Assembly: GCA_965198065.1 (NCBI GenBank) | Contig: CBDAON010000004.1 | Span: 1,792,001 to 1,856,000, forward strand | Length of the DNA: 64,000 bases | Source of the DNA: Longimicrobiales bacterium | Lineage (GTDB): Bacteria; Gemmatimonadota; Gemmatimonadetes; Longimicrobiales; Gaopeijiaceae | Direction: 5' to 3' | In this document: positions 8,419-20,093 of the stretch, one piece after another | How the letters are laid out: every line of letters starts with the position of its first letter | Numbering within the stretch: the first letter of the stretch is position 1 | The notes under the pieces: model-generated | The model's input: only the letters and a program-made list of their open reading frames with translations | Told to the model about the DNA's origin: nothing | Database searches by the model: none | Program-made: the position numbers and the translations under genes

Positions 8419-11316
8419 CTACACCTCCACGCCCATCCCCACCAGCGCGCGAGCCAGGTACTCGCCCGTCGGCGATCCCTCCGTCCCGGCGACGGCCTCG
8501 GGGGTTCCTTCCGCCACGATGCGACCGCCCCCGCTACCACCCTCGGGTCCCAGATCGATGATCCAGTCTGCCGTCTTCACGACCTCGAGGTTGTGCTCGA
8601 TCACGATCACAGTGTTCCCGAGGTGCACGAGCCGGTGGAGCACGTTGAGAAGGAGCTTCACGTCATGGAAGTGGAGCCCCGTGGTCGGCTCGTCCAGGAT
8701 GTAGAGGGTCTTCCCGGTTGCCCGCTTCGAGAGCTCAGCGGAGAGCTTGATCCGTTGCGCCTCACCCCCGGAAAGCGTCGTCGCCGGCTGGCCCAGGTGG
8801 ACGTATCCCAACCCCACGTCGGAGATCGTCTGGAGCTTCCCGCGGATCTTCGGCACCGCCTGGAAGAACTCGAGGGCTTCGTCCACGGTCATCTCCAGGA
8901 GGTCCGCGATGGTCCTACCGCGATAGTGGACCTCCAGCGTCTCCCGATTGTATCGCTTCCCCCGGCAAACGTCGCAGGGCACGTATACGTCGGGGAGGAA
9001 ATGCATCTCGATCTTGACCATGCCGTCCCCCGTACAGGCCTCGCATCGTCCGCCCTTCACGTTGAAGGAGAACCGCCCGGGGTCGTATCCCCTAATCTGC
9101 GCTTCGGGAAGCTCCGCGAAGAGCTTCCGGATGGGCGTGAACACCCCGGTGTACGTGGCCGGGTTCGATCGTGGGGTCCGTCCGATGGGCGATGGATCCA
9201 CCTCGATCACCTTGTCCACGTGCTCAAGCCCTTCCACCCCGTTGTGCGCGAGCGGCAGCTCCCTGGCGCCGTGGAAGTGCCTCGCCAGCGCCCGGTAGAG
9301 CGTCTCGTTCACGAGCGTCGACTTGCCGGACCCGGACACGCCCGTCACGGCCACGAAGCACCCGAGCGGAAACGATGCGTCGATCCCGGCCAGGTTGTGG
9401 CCCCGCGCTCCATACAGCTGGAGCATGCGCTCGGTGTCCGCGGCACGTCGTGATTCGGGCAGCTCGATTCGCTGTCCCCTTCGGAGGTACGCGCCGGTGA
9501 GGGATTCCCGGCTCGTCATTACGTCCTCGAGGGTCCCGGAGCCCACGACGCGCCCTCCCCGACGCCCCGCCCCGGGGCCTAGGTCCACGAGGTAGTCCGC
9601 TCGGCGCATTGTCTCCTCATCGTGCTCCACGACGAGGACGGTGTTGCCCAGGTCCCGGAGGGCCTCGAGCGTGTCGAGCAACCGCGCATTGTCTCGTTGG
9701 TGGAGCCCGACCGACGGCTCGTCCAGCACGTACAGCACTCCGACCAGACGGCTGCCGATCTGCGTGGCCAGTCGGATCCGTTGGCCCTCTCCACCCGACA
9801 GGCTATCCGCCGACCTCCCGAGCGTGAGGTACCGGAGCCCGACGTCCTCGAGGAATCCGAGCCGCTCGCGGACCTCCTTCAGGATCGGCGTCGCGACCTC
9901 GGCCGGGAGCGCCGGGGGTCCCGACCTCGCGGACGCGGCTCGTTTGCCCCTCTCGCCGGCGATCGGGAGCGACTCGAAGAAGGTGCGCGCCTCACCGACG
10001 GACATGGCCACGACCTCGGCGATCCCCCGCCCCCCGATCGTTACCGCACGGGACTCGGGCCTGAGGCGCGACCCCTCACAAGCCGCGCACGGCCGCGCCG
10101 TCATGTACTGGGAGAGCTGCTCCCGCACGGAATCGGACGACGTCTCCCGATAGCGTCGGAGAACCCCTTCCACGACACCGGCCCAGGGCTCCGAGTAGCT
10201 GTGGTCCCTGCCGCTTCTGCGGTAGGGAAAACGGATCTTCATCCTGCCGGATCCAAGCATCACCGCGTCCCGCGCCTCCTGGGACAGCTCCCGCCACGGA
10301 GCCGCGGGGTCGAACTCGTACGCTTCGGCCAGCCCGGGGAGCACCGAGCGCCGCAGGTGCCCGCGGAGTTCTCCCCACGGAAGGATCACGCCCTCGAGGA
10401 TGGAGAGCTCCGGAGCCCCGATCATGAGCTCAGGGCTCACCTCGTGCCGGCTCCCTAGTCCGTCGCACTCGGAGCATGCCCCGTGGGGCGAGTTGAACGA
10501 GAACTGACGAGGCTCAAGCTCCGCCAGGCTCACGCCGCAATAGACGCAGGCGTACTGCTCGCTGAAGAGATGCGACTCGGGGTCCCCACCGCCCGCCCGA
10601 TGCCCGAGCACCTCGACGATCCCGCCGGCCGTCCTCAGCGCGACCTCGACCGAATCCGCGAGACGGTCTCGATCCTTCTTAGCCACGATGAGTCGGTCCA
10701 CGACCACGGCGACGTCATGGTTCTCGTACCGATTGAGGGCCGGAGGCCTTGCCAGGTCATGCATCTCGCCGTCCACGCGCACCCGGACGAACCCCTCCTT
10801 CCGCGCTTTCTCGAACAGCTCCCTGAACTCCCCCTTTCGCCCCCGCACCAGGGGGGCAAGCACCTGGATCCGGGTGCCGTCACCCAGCTCGAGGACGCGA
10901 TCCACGATCTGCGTGGCCGACTGGCGGAACACGGGGCGGCCGCACTCCGGGCAGTGGGGAGTGCCGAGCCTCGCCCACAGCAGGCGCATGTAATCGTAGA
11001 TCTCGGTGACCGTGCCGACCGTCGAGCGTGGGTTACGGGAGATCGTCTTCTGCTCGATCGAAATCGCGGGCGAGAGGCCCTCGATCGAATCGACGTCCGG
11101 CTTCTCCATGAGCCCCACGAACTGGCGGGCGTAGGCGGAGAGGGACTCGACGTAGCGGCGCTGTCCCTCGGCGTAAATCGTGTCGAACGCGAGCGAGCTC
11201 TTCCCCGAGCCCGACACCCCCGTAATGACGACGAGGCGCTCGCGGGGGATCTCCAGCGAGATGTTCTGGAGATTGTGCTCCCGGGCACCTCGGACCGTCA
11301 GCGAACCACGGCTCAT
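8419..11316 (-). CDS. uvrA: Excinuclease ABC subunit A
   Basis: VRGAREHNL, two GVSGSGKS Walker A motifs, Zn fingers, two LSGGE signatures. ATGA overlap with htpX. Confidence 0.98.
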   Translation of the reverse strand: MSRGSLTVRGAREHNLQNISLEIPRERLVVITGVSGSGKSSLAFDTIYAEGQRRYVESLSAYARQFVGLMEKPDVDSIEGLSPAISIEQKTISRNPRSTVGTVTEIYDYMRLLWARLGTPHCPECGRPVFRQSATQIVDRVLELGDGTRIQVLAPLVRGRKGEFRELFEKARKEGFVRVRVDGEMHDLARPPALNRYENHDVAVVVDRLIVAKKDRDRLADSVEVALRTAGGIVEVLGHRAGGGDPESHLFSEQYACVYCGVSLAELEPRQFSFNSPHGACSECDGLGSRHEVSPELMIGAPELSILEGVILPWGELRGHLRRSVLPGLAEAYEFDPAAPWRELSQEARDAVMLGSGRMKIRFPYRRSGRDHSYSEPWAGVVEGVLRRYRETSSDSVREQLSQYMTARPCAACEGSRLRPESRAVTIGGRGIAEVVAMSVGEARTFFESLPIAGERGKRAASARSGPPALPAEVATPILKEVRERLGFLEDVGLRYLTLGRSADSLSGGEGQRIRLATQIGSRLVGVLYVLDEPSVGLHQRDNARLLDTLEALRDLGNTVLVVEHDEETMRRADYLVDLGPGAGRRGGRVVGSGTLEDVMTSRESLTGAYLRRGQRIELPESRRAADTERMLQLYGARGHNLAGIDASFPLGCFVAVTGVSGSGKSTLVNETLYRALARHFHGARELPLAHNGVEGLEHVDKVIEVDPSPIGRTPRSNPATYTGVFTPIRKLFAELPEAQIRGYDPGRFSFNVKGGRCEACTGDGMVKIEMHFLPDVYVPCDVCRGKRYNRETLEVHYRGRTIADLLEMTVDEALEFFQAVPKIRGKLQTISDVGLGYVHLGQPATTLSGGEAQRIKLSAELSKRATGKTLYILDEPTTGLHFHDVKLLLNVLHRLVHLGNTVIVIEHNLEVVKTADWIIDLGPEGGSGGGRIVAEGTPEAVAGTEGSPTGEYLARALVGMGVEV

Positions 11317-12152
11317 AGCGCCATGAGGCGCGCGATTCGTTCCTCCGTCGGAGGGTGGGTGCGGAAAAGGCCGAGGAACGCCCCACCGCGCACCCCGGCC
11401 AGTGGGTTCACGATCGCGAGCTGCGCGCCGGCCGGGTTCACCTGCATGGGGATCTTCTTGGAGTACGCCTCGAGCCGCCGGAGCGCGCTCGCCAGCCCCT
11501 GCGGGGATCCCGAGATGAGCGCCCCGGTGCGGTCGGCCTGGAACTCGTTTGCGCGGCTGATTCCCATCTGGACGATCATCGCGGCCAGGGGCGCCACGAT
11601 CGACATGACGATGAGCCCCATCAGATTCCGATCGCCATCCCGCCCGCCGAACCCGAAGATCGCGCCCCAGCGCGCGATCGTCGCGAGCATGGCGATCGCG
11701 CCCGCCATGGTGGCGGCCACGGTCGACACCAGCATGTGGTAGTGCTTGATGTGGGCGAGCTCGTGGGCGATGACGCCCTCCAGCTCCTCGCGATCCACCA
11801 GCTTGAGGAGCCCGGCCGTCACACACACGACCGCCTTCTCGTGGTTCCGGCCCGTCGCAAAGGCATTCGGCTGCTCGGACGGCGCGACGGCCAGGGTCGG
11901 CATCGGGAGGTCGGCTCGCTGCCGCAGCTCGTCCACCATGCGATAAAGCTCGGGCGCGTCGTCGGGCCCGATAATCCTGGCCCGGTACATCCGGAGGACG
12001 GCCCTATCGCTGAACCAGAACATCCCGAAGTTCATAACGGCCGCCAGCGCGAAGAAAAGGATGGCGCCCTGCTGGCCACCGAAGTAGCCACCGAGCACCA
12101 CCAACAGCGCGGTGAGCCCCGCCATCAACAAGAAGACCTTCAGTTGCTGCAT
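11313..12152 (-). CDS. htpX: Zinc metalloprotease HtpX (M48)
   Basis: [37 protein letters not shown]. Confidence 0.96.
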   Translation of the reverse strand: MQQLKVFLLMAGLTALLVVLGGYFGGQQGAILFFALAAVMNFGMFWFSDRAVLRMYRARIIGPDDAPELYRMVDELRQRADLPMPTLAVAPSEQPNAFATGRNHEKAVVCVTAGLLKLVDREELEGVIAHELAHIKHYHMLVSTVAATMAGAIAMLATIARWGAIFGFGGRDGDRNLMGLIVMSIVAPLAAMIVQMGISRANEFQADRTGALISGSPQGLASALRRLEAYSKKIPMQVNPAGAQLAIVNPLAGVRGGAFLGLFRTHPPTEERIARLMAL

Positions 12153-12365
12153 GCTCCTCTCCTCAGGTAGCCGGGCGTGGGGCGGTCGCGTGACCGTCTG
12201 ATCCCGGAGCCCGCTGAACGTTCGACACGATCGCCGCCGGTCGGGGCGAGCCCCGCGGGCCGCGGTCGAGTACGCTCCTACCCCGCGGTGCTCTGAGGGG
12301 TGCCGGACGGCGACACGCTTCGAGGGGTGCCTGGCCGCAACCCCTTTTGGTTCGTCGGCAACCCG

Positions 12366-15300
12366 TCAATACCCCCACTCCCGGTAGAGGGAAAGGCCCA
12401 ACACCTTCGAGAGCCTGACCCCAAGCGTTCCGAACCCAGTCGTCGCCTCGCGCGCAAAGCGGTCCTCGACGAAGCCCTCCACGGACCAGGTGTCCGTGAA
12501 CCTCCACTCAACCCGAGCACCGGGGAACGTCTGGCTCACGGCTCCAAACCCTGAGAGAGGGCGCACGACGAGCGCGAGGAAGAGGTCCTGGCCGAGGTAG
12601 CGGCCGACCTCGATCTGCGTGTACGCAAGCGATCCGGAAAGGCCCGCCGTCGATTCCACTGCCGCGCCGTCCTGCAGCTGCGTGATCGAGAAGTAGTCGA
12701 ACCCGACCTCGCGACCGACCAGCTGGCCGAGGCTCGAGGCCACCGCACCCACCCCGAGGGTCACCCCGGCACCGGCGGCCCGCCGGAGGACGCTCGTCTC
12801 CGCCGAGGCCAGCGCGTACGAGGGCCTCCCGAAGATGAGGTAGCTGACGAGGTCGGACTCGGCGATCGGGGGCTGGGTGTCCGAGGCAAGGGTGACCCGT
12901 GGGCTCACGAGCGTGCCCTCGACGTTGGCCGTGATGTCGAGCAGCTCGCCAGCCTCGCGCCGGAGACGGGTCACCGCCTGGATGGCCAGGGTCGGGTTGA
13001 TCCCGGCGGTGCCCAGGAACTGGACGGTCCCGGACGTGACCTGGAACTGTTTCCCGACCACGTCGTAAGTGCCGCGGATCGGTTCGAGATCGCCGACGAG
13101 GAAGACCTCCCGATCGGACCGGGCGTGCTCCACGTCCAGGTTGCCCCCGATCTCGATGTTCATCTCGCGGCTCCGGAGCCAGAAGTCGCCCTGGAGGGCG
13201 AGACCGACCTGCACCCGGAAGTTCTGAAGGAAGGGGTTGCGCGCGGCGTCCACCGCCGGTCTCACGCCCACGAAGGTCGTGTCCAGGACCTCGAGGAGGG
13301 AGGGGTCCGTGAGATCGATCACCTCGGTCGTCCGCGCGAACTCATCGAGGAAGAGCTCTCCCTGCTCGACCTGGACGGTCCCGCTGACCTCCGGGGCGGA
13401 GTACCGCCCGGCGAGACGTACGTCGCCGCCCAGCCGTACCACCATGTCCCGGCGGCTCACGGTCTGAAACCCCGCCGCCGTCACCATCAGGGACTCGAAC
13501 ACCGGATCGGAGACGTCGGCTACGTCGATCGTGCCCGACACCCGAGCCGTTCCCACTGAAGTGACGGCGCCCTCCACGTCCACCAGGCCCTCCTCGCGGA
13601 GGGTGAGACTCATGACGATGTCCTCGGGGCGGATCCCCAGCTCCGAGAGGAGCACGCGGCCGCCGGACATCCGAACCTCCCCGCTGGGACGGAGGTCCGT
13701 CGGAGTCCCTCGGAGCCGGATCTGCCCGTTGACGTTCCCCTCGACCTCCTCCAGAACGTCGAGAAAGGCCAGCGCCGTCGCGGCGGGGAGGGAGTCCACG
13801 GAAATCGTGACGTCCATCTCCCGGTCGAGGAGCCGTCGGTCCACGGCACGGAGAGACAGATCCGCCGGAACGCGGCCTTCCACGTCCAGACGTGTGCTCC
13901 CGGACAGGATTCCGACGAGCCGGCCTTGAAGGAGCTGATCCCCGTACTCCACAGTGCCTTCGACCCGCGAGAGCCCCGCGCCACCGGACGAAAAGTCGTC
14001 GATCGCGACGGCGGCAGTCATTCGGGGCGACGACGCCGGGCCCGTGACGTCGAGGGAGAGGTCCACGATTCCGGCCGGAAGCCGATCGGTCTGGAGGATC
14101 CCGGCGAGGAGGTCGATATTGACGCCCTCGAGCCGTACGCTCAGGTCCGACTCCTCGTCCAGGTCCAGGAGGCCGTTCGCCTCGATCCGCGCCGCCCTCC
14201 CGGCCCCGCCCTCCGGTCGCGCCACCCGAAAGCTGTCCACACGCACCAGGGATCCCGAGACCATGACCCGAGTCGGCGCAGCGAGGGACCACTCCGACGC
14301 GTCGATGTCGAGGACCAACGTCTCGAGGGCCACGTCCACCGCCACCGAGTCGTGCGTGAGGGAACCGCGAGCGCGATACGCTTCGTTCCCGTCCTTCCTG
14401 ATATCCACACGAAAGGCCCCGCGGCCCGGCCCGTACTGGAGCTCCCCGCTCGCCGACTCGAGCGTGAAGCCATCGCCCGAGAAGGCCTCGATGTCTACGA
14501 CGCCCTCCGCGCTCCAATCCCCGTCCCGCTGCCAGCTGCCGAGGAAATCGGCGCGACCGGATCCCACGGACGTCGCGCCGTAAATCAGATCGGCCACCTC
14601 GACGAACCCGTCCGCGGACAGGCTCGCCGCGGAGCCGACGAGTCGGATCTCACCTTCCGCGCTCCCGTCGAGCTCGATGCGGCTCAGTGCCGACAGGGTG
14701 TCCGGATCCACCCCCTCGAGCACCAGGAGATCGCGCTCTAGCTGGGACAACGTGTCCGCCGCGATGGGGTCGGGCCCGAACAGCGCGGGCCGGAGGGCGG
14801 CGAGCGAAGACGTCGAGAAGAGGACGAAGACCTCCCCGTCCGGCGCTCCCTCCTGGAGCGGCAGGCTTCCTGAGCCCGAGAGCTCGAGTACGGGCGAGCG
14901 CAGATCGAGGGCGTCGAGGGTGATTCTCCCCTCCAAGGCCACGACCCGGCCCTCGAGCAGCTCCAGCTCGACGCCGGCGATCCGAGACTGCCGGAGGCTC
15001 ACGAACCCGTTCCCGGAGAGCGACTCGATATCGTGCCCGGCGCCCTGGAGCCGGAAGTCGCCGGTCACCACGGTAGGGTCCGGGAGTCGCGGAACGAGCG
15101 CGTGCAACCGGAACTCCTCGACCGACCCCTCCACGGCATACGCCCTCGACGGATCGCGGGCGTCGAACCGGCCCGACGCCTCGACAAAGCCGGCCGGAGT
15201 GACCACGCGGCCGGAGACCGACAGCTCCGAGAGGTTGCCCTCCGCACGGACTTCTCCCGACATCATCCCCGAGACGGGAAGGTCCCGAGCGAGTGCCTGC

Positions 15301-16844
15301 CCAAGGCCATCCAACGAGAGCAGATCCAGGGTCCCGTCCAGCTCGAGCGCGAGATCATCCGCCTCTTCTCGCAGGGTCCCGCGCACCGCGACCCGAGAGC
15401 GCGGTGACTCCGGCGTCCAGTGCTCGATCTCCCCATCGATCGCGAGGCCCGTTCCGAGGCTTCCGCTCAGCGTCGCCTCCGCGCGTCCGTCGCCCGTCAG
15501 ATCGAGCTCGGGGAACACCTGCGCGAGAGACTCGTAGCGGAAGGGGTCCAAGGTGAGAGAGAGCCCGGACGTTCGAATACCGTCATCGAGTCCGACCCCT
15601 CCGTCGAATCGAGCGGCCCAACCGGGCCACCTCCCTTCCGGGTCCTCGTACGTCACGTCGCCGCTCGCCTGGAGGCTCCCGAGCTCACCGCTCACGGAAA
15701 CGTGGCCGCGGACCCGCCCTTCTCTCGACAGGGACTCGGGGAGCCAGGGCTCCACGTCGGCCAGGTCGAGCGGAAGTAACTCCACCTCCGAGGGGAGCAG
15801 CGTGACGGCGCCGCCGAGACGAAGGCCCGCGCTCCCGCTCACTCGACTCGCCCCGACCCGAAATCCGCTCGACGAGACGCGCCACTCACTCACCCCGAGC
15901 GGTCCCGTCGCACGGACTACTACCGGTCCCGCTCCGTCCGGGAGGCGAGGCTCGAGCCAACGCAGATCCGCGAGCCGAAGCTCTTCCGACTCGAGTTCGG
16001 CCTCGACGGTGGTCTCGCCGTCGGGGCCACCCCACCGGATAGCCCCCTGGCCCGCCAGCCGCGACCCCCCCAACCCCACCCGCTCGGCGACGAGGGTCAC
16101 CTCGGAACCCTCCCGCGTCACGGTGCCGCGGAGCTCCGTCACGTCAAAGGGCACGTCCAGGATGTGTGCAGTAAGAACGAGGTCTTCGATCGATACGCGC
16201 TGGCCCCCTCCCGGTGTGCCCACGAGCAGGGCTTCCGACACCCGACCCTCCATGCCCTCCAGACGCACGACCCGCACAGGACGGTCCCACCCGGGAAGGG
16301 TCTCGATCACCGCTCGCGACGGGCCGGCGGGTTGGGTGACCGGGAGGCCCACGACGACCTCGCCCTCGTGGATCTCGACGTCCCGAAGTACGACTGAGAA
16401 GCCGGAGCTCTCGTCCGGTGGCCCGCCCGCCGGACCGCGTGCCCTGAACAACGTCTCAATGTTGCTCGGGACGCCCTGCTCGCCCCACTCGATCGTGAGG
16501 CGCGGAGCCCAGATGCGGGCCGGTACAAGAACGATGTTCCTTCGGATCAGGTCCGGGAACGAATATCTGACGTCGAGCGAGTCAGCCTCGATGACCGGGC
16601 GTCCGCCGGCATCCCGGATGGTCAGGCCGTGGAGCCGGAATCCGCTCAAGATGCTTCCCGCCTGGACTCCCCCGACGTCGACCTGCCCGTTCACCTCCCC
16701 AGAAAGTTGCCGGACGGCCACTCTCAACAGGTACTCGTGGCCGGGCTGCGTGCGCACGAGGAGGAGGATCCCGACCGCCAGGACCGTGCCCGGGGCGAGG
16801 ACCGCGGCGACCAGCCAGCCGAAGCCCCTCACGAACCGCCGCAT
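12366..16844 (-). CDS. tamB: Translocation and assembly module TamB-like protein
   Basis: 1492 aa, N-terminal TM anchor, beta-repeat body, DUF490-like C-terminus (NPTL-x-I-x-A, SYLIFGRP); next to an Omp85 gene. Confidence 0.85.
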   Translation of the reverse strand: MRRFVRGFGWLVAAVLAPGTVLAVGILLLVRTQPGHEYLLRVAVRQLSGEVNGQVDVGGVQAGSILSGFRLHGLTIRDAGGRPVIEADSLDVRYSFPDLIRRNIVLVPARIWAPRLTIEWGEQGVPSNIETLFRARGPAGGPPDESSGFSVVLRDVEIHEGEVVVGLPVTQPAGPSRAVIETLPGWDRPVRVVRLEGMEGRVSEALLVGTPGGGQRVSIEDLVLTAHILDVPFDVTELRGTVTREGSEVTLVAERVGLGGSRLAGQGAIRWGGPDGETTVEAELESEELRLADLRWLEPRLPDGAGPVVVRATGPLGVSEWRVSSSGFRVGASRVSGSAGLRLGGAVTLLPSEVELLPLDLADVEPWLPESLSREGRVRGHVSVSGELGSLQASGDVTYEDPEGRWPGWAARFDGGVGLDDGIRTSGLSLTLDPFRYESLAQVFPELDLTGDGRAEATLSGSLGTGLAIDGEIEHWTPESPRSRVAVRGTLREEADDLALELDGTLDLLSLDGLGQALARDLPVSGMMSGEVRAEGNLSELSVSGRVVTPAGFVEASGRFDARDPSRAYAVEGSVEEFRLHALVPRLPDPTVVTGDFRLQGAGHDIESLSGNGFVSLRQSRIAGVELELLEGRVVALEGRITLDALDLRSPVLELSGSGSLPLQEGAPDGEVFVLFSTSSLAALRPALFGPDPIAADTLSQLERDLLVLEGVDPDTLSALSRIELDGSAEGEIRLVGSAASLSADGFVEVADLIYGATSVGSGRADFLGSWQRDGDWSAEGVVDIEAFSGDGFTLESASGELQYGPGRGAFRVDIRKDGNEAYRARGSLTHDSVAVDVALETLVLDIDASEWSLAAPTRVMVSGSLVRVDSFRVARPEGGAGRAARIEANGLLDLDEESDLSVRLEGVNIDLLAGILQTDRLPAGIVDLSLDVTGPASSPRMTAAVAIDDFSSGGAGLSRVEGTVEYGDQLLQGRLVGILSGSTRLDVEGRVPADLSLRAVDRRLLDREMDVTISVDSLPAATALAFLDVLEEVEGNVNGQIRLRGTPTDLRPSGEVRMSGGRVLLSELGIRPEDIVMSLTLREEGLVDVEGAVTSVGTARVSGTIDVADVSDPVFESLMVTAAGFQTVSRRDMVVRLGGDVRLAGRYSAPEVSGTVQVEQGELFLDEFARTTEVIDLTDPSLLEVLDTTFVGVRPAVDAARNPFLQNFRVQVGLALQGDFWLRSREMNIEIGGNLDVEHARSDREVFLVGDLEPIRGTYDVVGKQFQVTSGTVQFLGTAGINPTLAIQAVTRLRREAGELLDITANVEGTLVSPRVTLASDTQPPIAESDLVSYLIFGRPSYALASAETSVLRRAAGAGVTLGVGAVASSLGQLVGREVGFDYFSITQLQDGAAVESTAGLSGSLAYTQIEVGRYLGQDLFLALVVRPLSGFGAVSQTFPGARVEWRFTDTWSVEGFVEDRFAREATTGFGTLGVRLSKVLGLSLYREWGY

Positions 16845-16846
16845 GC

Positions 16847-19144
16847 TCAGAAAGCCTGGCCGATGGAGACGTGAAGCTGGAGGCGGTTCCAGATCGATCC
16901 TCCCCCTTCCTCGAACGCGACGAGCGGCCCGAGCGGAGCGAGGTCCTCTCGGCGCACCCAGTCGATCACGTTCCCGTCGGGCCCCTGGAGCCGATCCGAC
17001 GGGGCGTCACGTCCAGGCTCGTAGGGACAGAGCTGCGAGGTCACCACCGGCCGCCTCGAGATCTCCCGCCCCCGGTAGGCGAGGTCGATCCTCACCGGAC
17101 CGACCGGCGTGCCATAGCGGAGCCCGACGCCCGGCCCCAGCACGAGGCCATCGAAGGTGAAGCGCCCGCCCCCGTCCCACACCTGTCCGAAGTCCAGAAA
17201 CGCAGCACCCGAGATTCGCGGTCCCCACATGGGGAAGCGCAGCTCAACGCTTCCCTCCACGTGACGGCTCCCACCCGTCGGCCGCGCGACGAAGGCACCG
17301 GCGACGAGTGGTGACGCGTCACACGTGAGCGCGAGGACCTCCTCCGGATCACACGCGGCTTCCACGCCCTCCAGGGTGGGAAAGAGGAGGTCCTCCAACC
17401 GGACCGACGCCACCTGCGGCCCGAGCTGGTTCTGGGGATATGCGCGAACCGAGTTCGAGCCCCCCGCGTAAAACCGCTTCTGGGGGTGAGCGACCTCGCG
17501 GCCACCGCTCAAGTCGGCCCCGGTCAGGCCCTCAAAGGCCCCGGCATCGAGCCAACCCCCTCGGAGCCGGCCCGCCAGGACGACCTCGCCGCCGAGCCCC
17601 CAGAAAGCCGTCGCCTCGGTGAGCCCCCGCCGATACGCGAAGTCAGAGCCGTTCCAGGAGGCCGCCACCTCCAGATCGGCCAGGAACGTGTAGCCTCCCG
17701 TGGGCGCCAGGGCCCGGTTCGTACGGTCCCGTAAGAAGGAGAGCCCCATGGGCACGAGCCAGTTCGAGGCCTGAAGGATGTCGATGTCGAGGGGGTTGCA
17801 GACGAGGACGCTCGTGCAGAAGAAGATCTCCGCCGCGTCGAGCCGGGCCAGCTGGGGACGGTACGAGAGGGTGAGGGGACTCGCCCTCCCGAGGCTTCGG
17901 ATCAGGTTCAGATTCAGTCCAAGGGCCTCGCGAACGAACACATCCTGGAGGCTCTGTCGTTCCGCGAATATGGACGCGGAGAAGGAATGCCGCGGGGTGA
18001 AGACGAACGGCTGCGTGAAATCGGCCGACACGACCCAGTTCGGGTCCCCGTACACGTCGGTGCCGGCTCCCGCGCAAACCGACTCCTCGAGCGCGTGGGT
18101 CAGGACGTTCGACACCCGGCCGCGCACGACCAGGTTCCGGGCCCCGCCGAAGAAGTTGAAGCTGGACCACTGCGACTCGGCGCTGAAGCACTCGGCCGTG
18201 CTCCACGCGCCGCCGGCGCGCACCTGGTGGCGATCACCCTCGTTCACCGTGACGGTGAGCGGGACGACGCTGTCGGGCTCGTTCGCCAGGTCCTCCAGGA
18301 TCGATGCGTGCGAGAGGATCTGCAGGCTGTAGAGGTTCCGCTGTCCCTCGAAGAGGAGTTCGCGGTTGTAGAGCGTGCCTTCGGCAAAGGGGAGCATCCA
18401 CCGGATCAGGGTGTCGTCTAGTGCCCCGCCCCCGTCGTCCGGCCCGCGAACGATGGCGATCTGCCCGAAGCGGGCCGGCGGGCCCGTGTAGACGCTGAAC
18501 TCGACCTCGGCCTCCCTCGATCCTGCAGGGATGAAGAGGTTCCGGAGCACCTCCACGTGCGCGTACCCCCGGTTCCGGAGCCGCCGCCCGAGGCTGGCGC
18601 GCGCCACCTCGAGGAGGAGCTGGTTCAGGGGATCGCCGACAGATACCGGCAGGTTCTCGGCCAGGGAAGGATCGTCGATGTCCTCGAGCCCGAAGACGTC
18701 GAGGGAGGCGATGCGGTAGGGCTCCCCCTCCTCGATACGGAAGGTGATCCGCGCGCGATTCCCGTCCTCCCGTACGACCGTCGTGTCGACCTGAGCCTCA
18801 CGGAAGCCGCGCCGTGCGTAGAGGACGAGAAGCCTCCGGTAATCGTCCTCGAACTCCCGGGGGTTCAGGTACGACCGGTCGAACGCGAACTCGGCCCCCG
18901 TCCAGCAGAGGAATCGGAGCGGCACGAGGACGAGGGCGCCGAATCGGCACGTCGTGGGGCGGGTGAGGATCCCCGCGGCGAGAACCTCGTCAGCCACCGC
19001 CTCGTTGCCCTCGAACGCGAGCGACAGGACCTCCGGGCGCGTCGGAGTCTGGGCTTCGAGAGGTCCCCGGCCCGCTCCCCAAGGTCCGGCCAGCTCCCCG
19101 ACGCCCGCGAGAACGAGCAGGACCGCCGCGGCCCGACCCCTCAT
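16847..19144 (-). CDS. tamA: Omp85 family outer-membrane protein (TamA/BamA-like) with POTRA domains
   Basis: POTRA-like repeats, RFYAGGSNSVRAY, GLRYGTPVGPVRIDLA, terminal beta-signal HVSIGQAF. Confidence 0.85.
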   Translation of the reverse strand: MRGRAAAVLLVLAGVGELAGPWGAGRGPLEAQTPTRPEVLSLAFEGNEAVADEVLAAGILTRPTTCRFGALVLVPLRFLCWTGAEFAFDRSYLNPREFEDDYRRLLVLYARRGFREAQVDTTVVREDGNRARITFRIEEGEPYRIASLDVFGLEDIDDPSLAENLPVSVGDPLNQLLLEVARASLGRRLRNRGYAHVEVLRNLFIPAGSREAEVEFSVYTGPPARFGQIAIVRGPDDGGGALDDTLIRWMLPFAEGTLYNRELLFEGQRNLYSLQILSHASILEDLANEPDSVVPLTVTVNEGDRHQVRAGGAWSTAECFSAESQWSSFNFFGGARNLVVRGRVSNVLTHALEESVCAGAGTDVYGDPNWVVSADFTQPFVFTPRHSFSASIFAERQSLQDVFVREALGLNLNLIRSLGRASPLTLSYRPQLARLDAAEIFFCTSVLVCNPLDIDILQASNWLVPMGLSFLRDRTNRALAPTGGYTFLADLEVAASWNGSDFAYRRGLTEATAFWGLGGEVVLAGRLRGGWLDAGAFEGLTGADLSGGREVAHPQKRFYAGGSNSVRAYPQNQLGPQVASVRLEDLLFPTLEGVEAACDPEEVLALTCDASPLVAGAFVARPTGGSRHVEGSVELRFPMWGPRISGAAFLDFGQVWDGGGRFTFDGLVLGPGVGLRYGTPVGPVRIDLAYRGREISRRPVVTSQLCPYEPGRDAPSDRLQGPDGNVIDWVRREDLAPLGPLVAFEEGGGSIWNRLQLHVSIGQAF

Positions 19145-20073
19145 CGCACCCCCTCCCTCGTGGCCTGTCCATCTCGCTCCCCGCTTCCCGCGCTCTGCTC
19201 CACGTGCTGCTCCCCACCCTTGGCGGCCCCGGGGAGCACGCCGTCCCCGAACCAACGATGTGGCGCGCGCGGGAAGGAGTGAACGCTCAAGGGAGCGAAC
19301 CCGCCTACCTCCTCGAAGCGCATGAAGTGGGTCACCTCGACGGAACGCCCGTCCACGCGGATCCTGTTGAAGGAGCACTTCGCCCGCTCCCGGGCGCGGC
19401 CGCGTCTGGAGGTCGTCGTACCGCTTTGCACGATTACGATGCCCGGATCCGAGCTCGCGCCCGGATGCACGTCCAGCGAGTTCCCGATGTACGCCCGGTG
19501 GACGTGGCCCCCCATCACGAGCTCGACGCCCATCGCCTGGAGCGCCTCCAAGATCTCCCGCCCGTGCGGGAGGGCCTTGTCCCCCTCGTAATCGGGGGCG
19601 GGCGCCAGGTGATGGTGAGCCACAAGCGCCTTCAGATCCCCTGCGGGAGCGGATTCGAACGCTGCGCGCGCGAAGGCGAGCTGACCGGGCCCGATCCGGC
19701 CGTTCACGATCGACCGGTACGGCTCCGCGGAATTGAGGCTCACGACGGTGATACCCGGAAGGCGCGTAACGGTATCGAGCTCGTCCCGGATGAAGGCCCG
19801 GTAGTTCCGATAGGGTGCGAAGAGCCGCTCCACCACCCGGTAGAGCGGTACGTCGTGGTTTCCGGGTGTCACGACGAGAGGAACGGCCGGGAAGCGCTTC
19901 AGATAGTCACTGGCCGCCCGGTACTCCCGGACCTTGGCCCTCTGGGTGAGGTCACCCGACAGAACGATGAGGTCGGGACGGAGGTCGCGCGCTGCAATCA
20001 GGAAGGTGAGCGCCACGGCCGGGTCGTGGGGCTTACCGAAGTGGAGGTCGGAGCCATGAATGATCGTCAGCAT
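19141..20073 (-). CDS. Calcineurin-like metallophosphoesterase
   Basis: SDLHFG, SGDLTQ, PGNHD, AHHH and GGHVH metal ligands. Confidence 0.88.
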   Translation of the reverse strand: MLTIIHGSDLHFGKPHDPAVALTFLIAARDLRPDLIVLSGDLTQRAKVREYRAASDYLKRFPAVPLVVTPGNHDVPLYRVVERLFAPYRNYRAFIRDELDTVTRLPGITVVSLNSAEPYRSIVNGRIGPGQLAFARAAFESAPAGDLKALVAHHHLAPAPDYEGDKALPHGREILEALQAMGVELVMGGHVHRAYIGNSLDVHPGASSDPGIVIVQSGTTTSRRGRARERAKCSFNRIRVDGRSVEVTHFMRFEEVGGFAPLSVHSFPRAPHRWFGDGVLPGAAKGGEQHVEQSAGSGERDGQATREGVR

Positions 20074-20093
20074 GGGTGCCGCCCCTGTGCCGC

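Noticed and set aside
8419..11826. Long N-terminal extensions on UvrA (1135 aa), MutS (1250 aa), TamA and others in the ORF track
   Set aside because: The extensions overlap the upstream gene in another frame; conserved starts sit at the NTGA overlaps.
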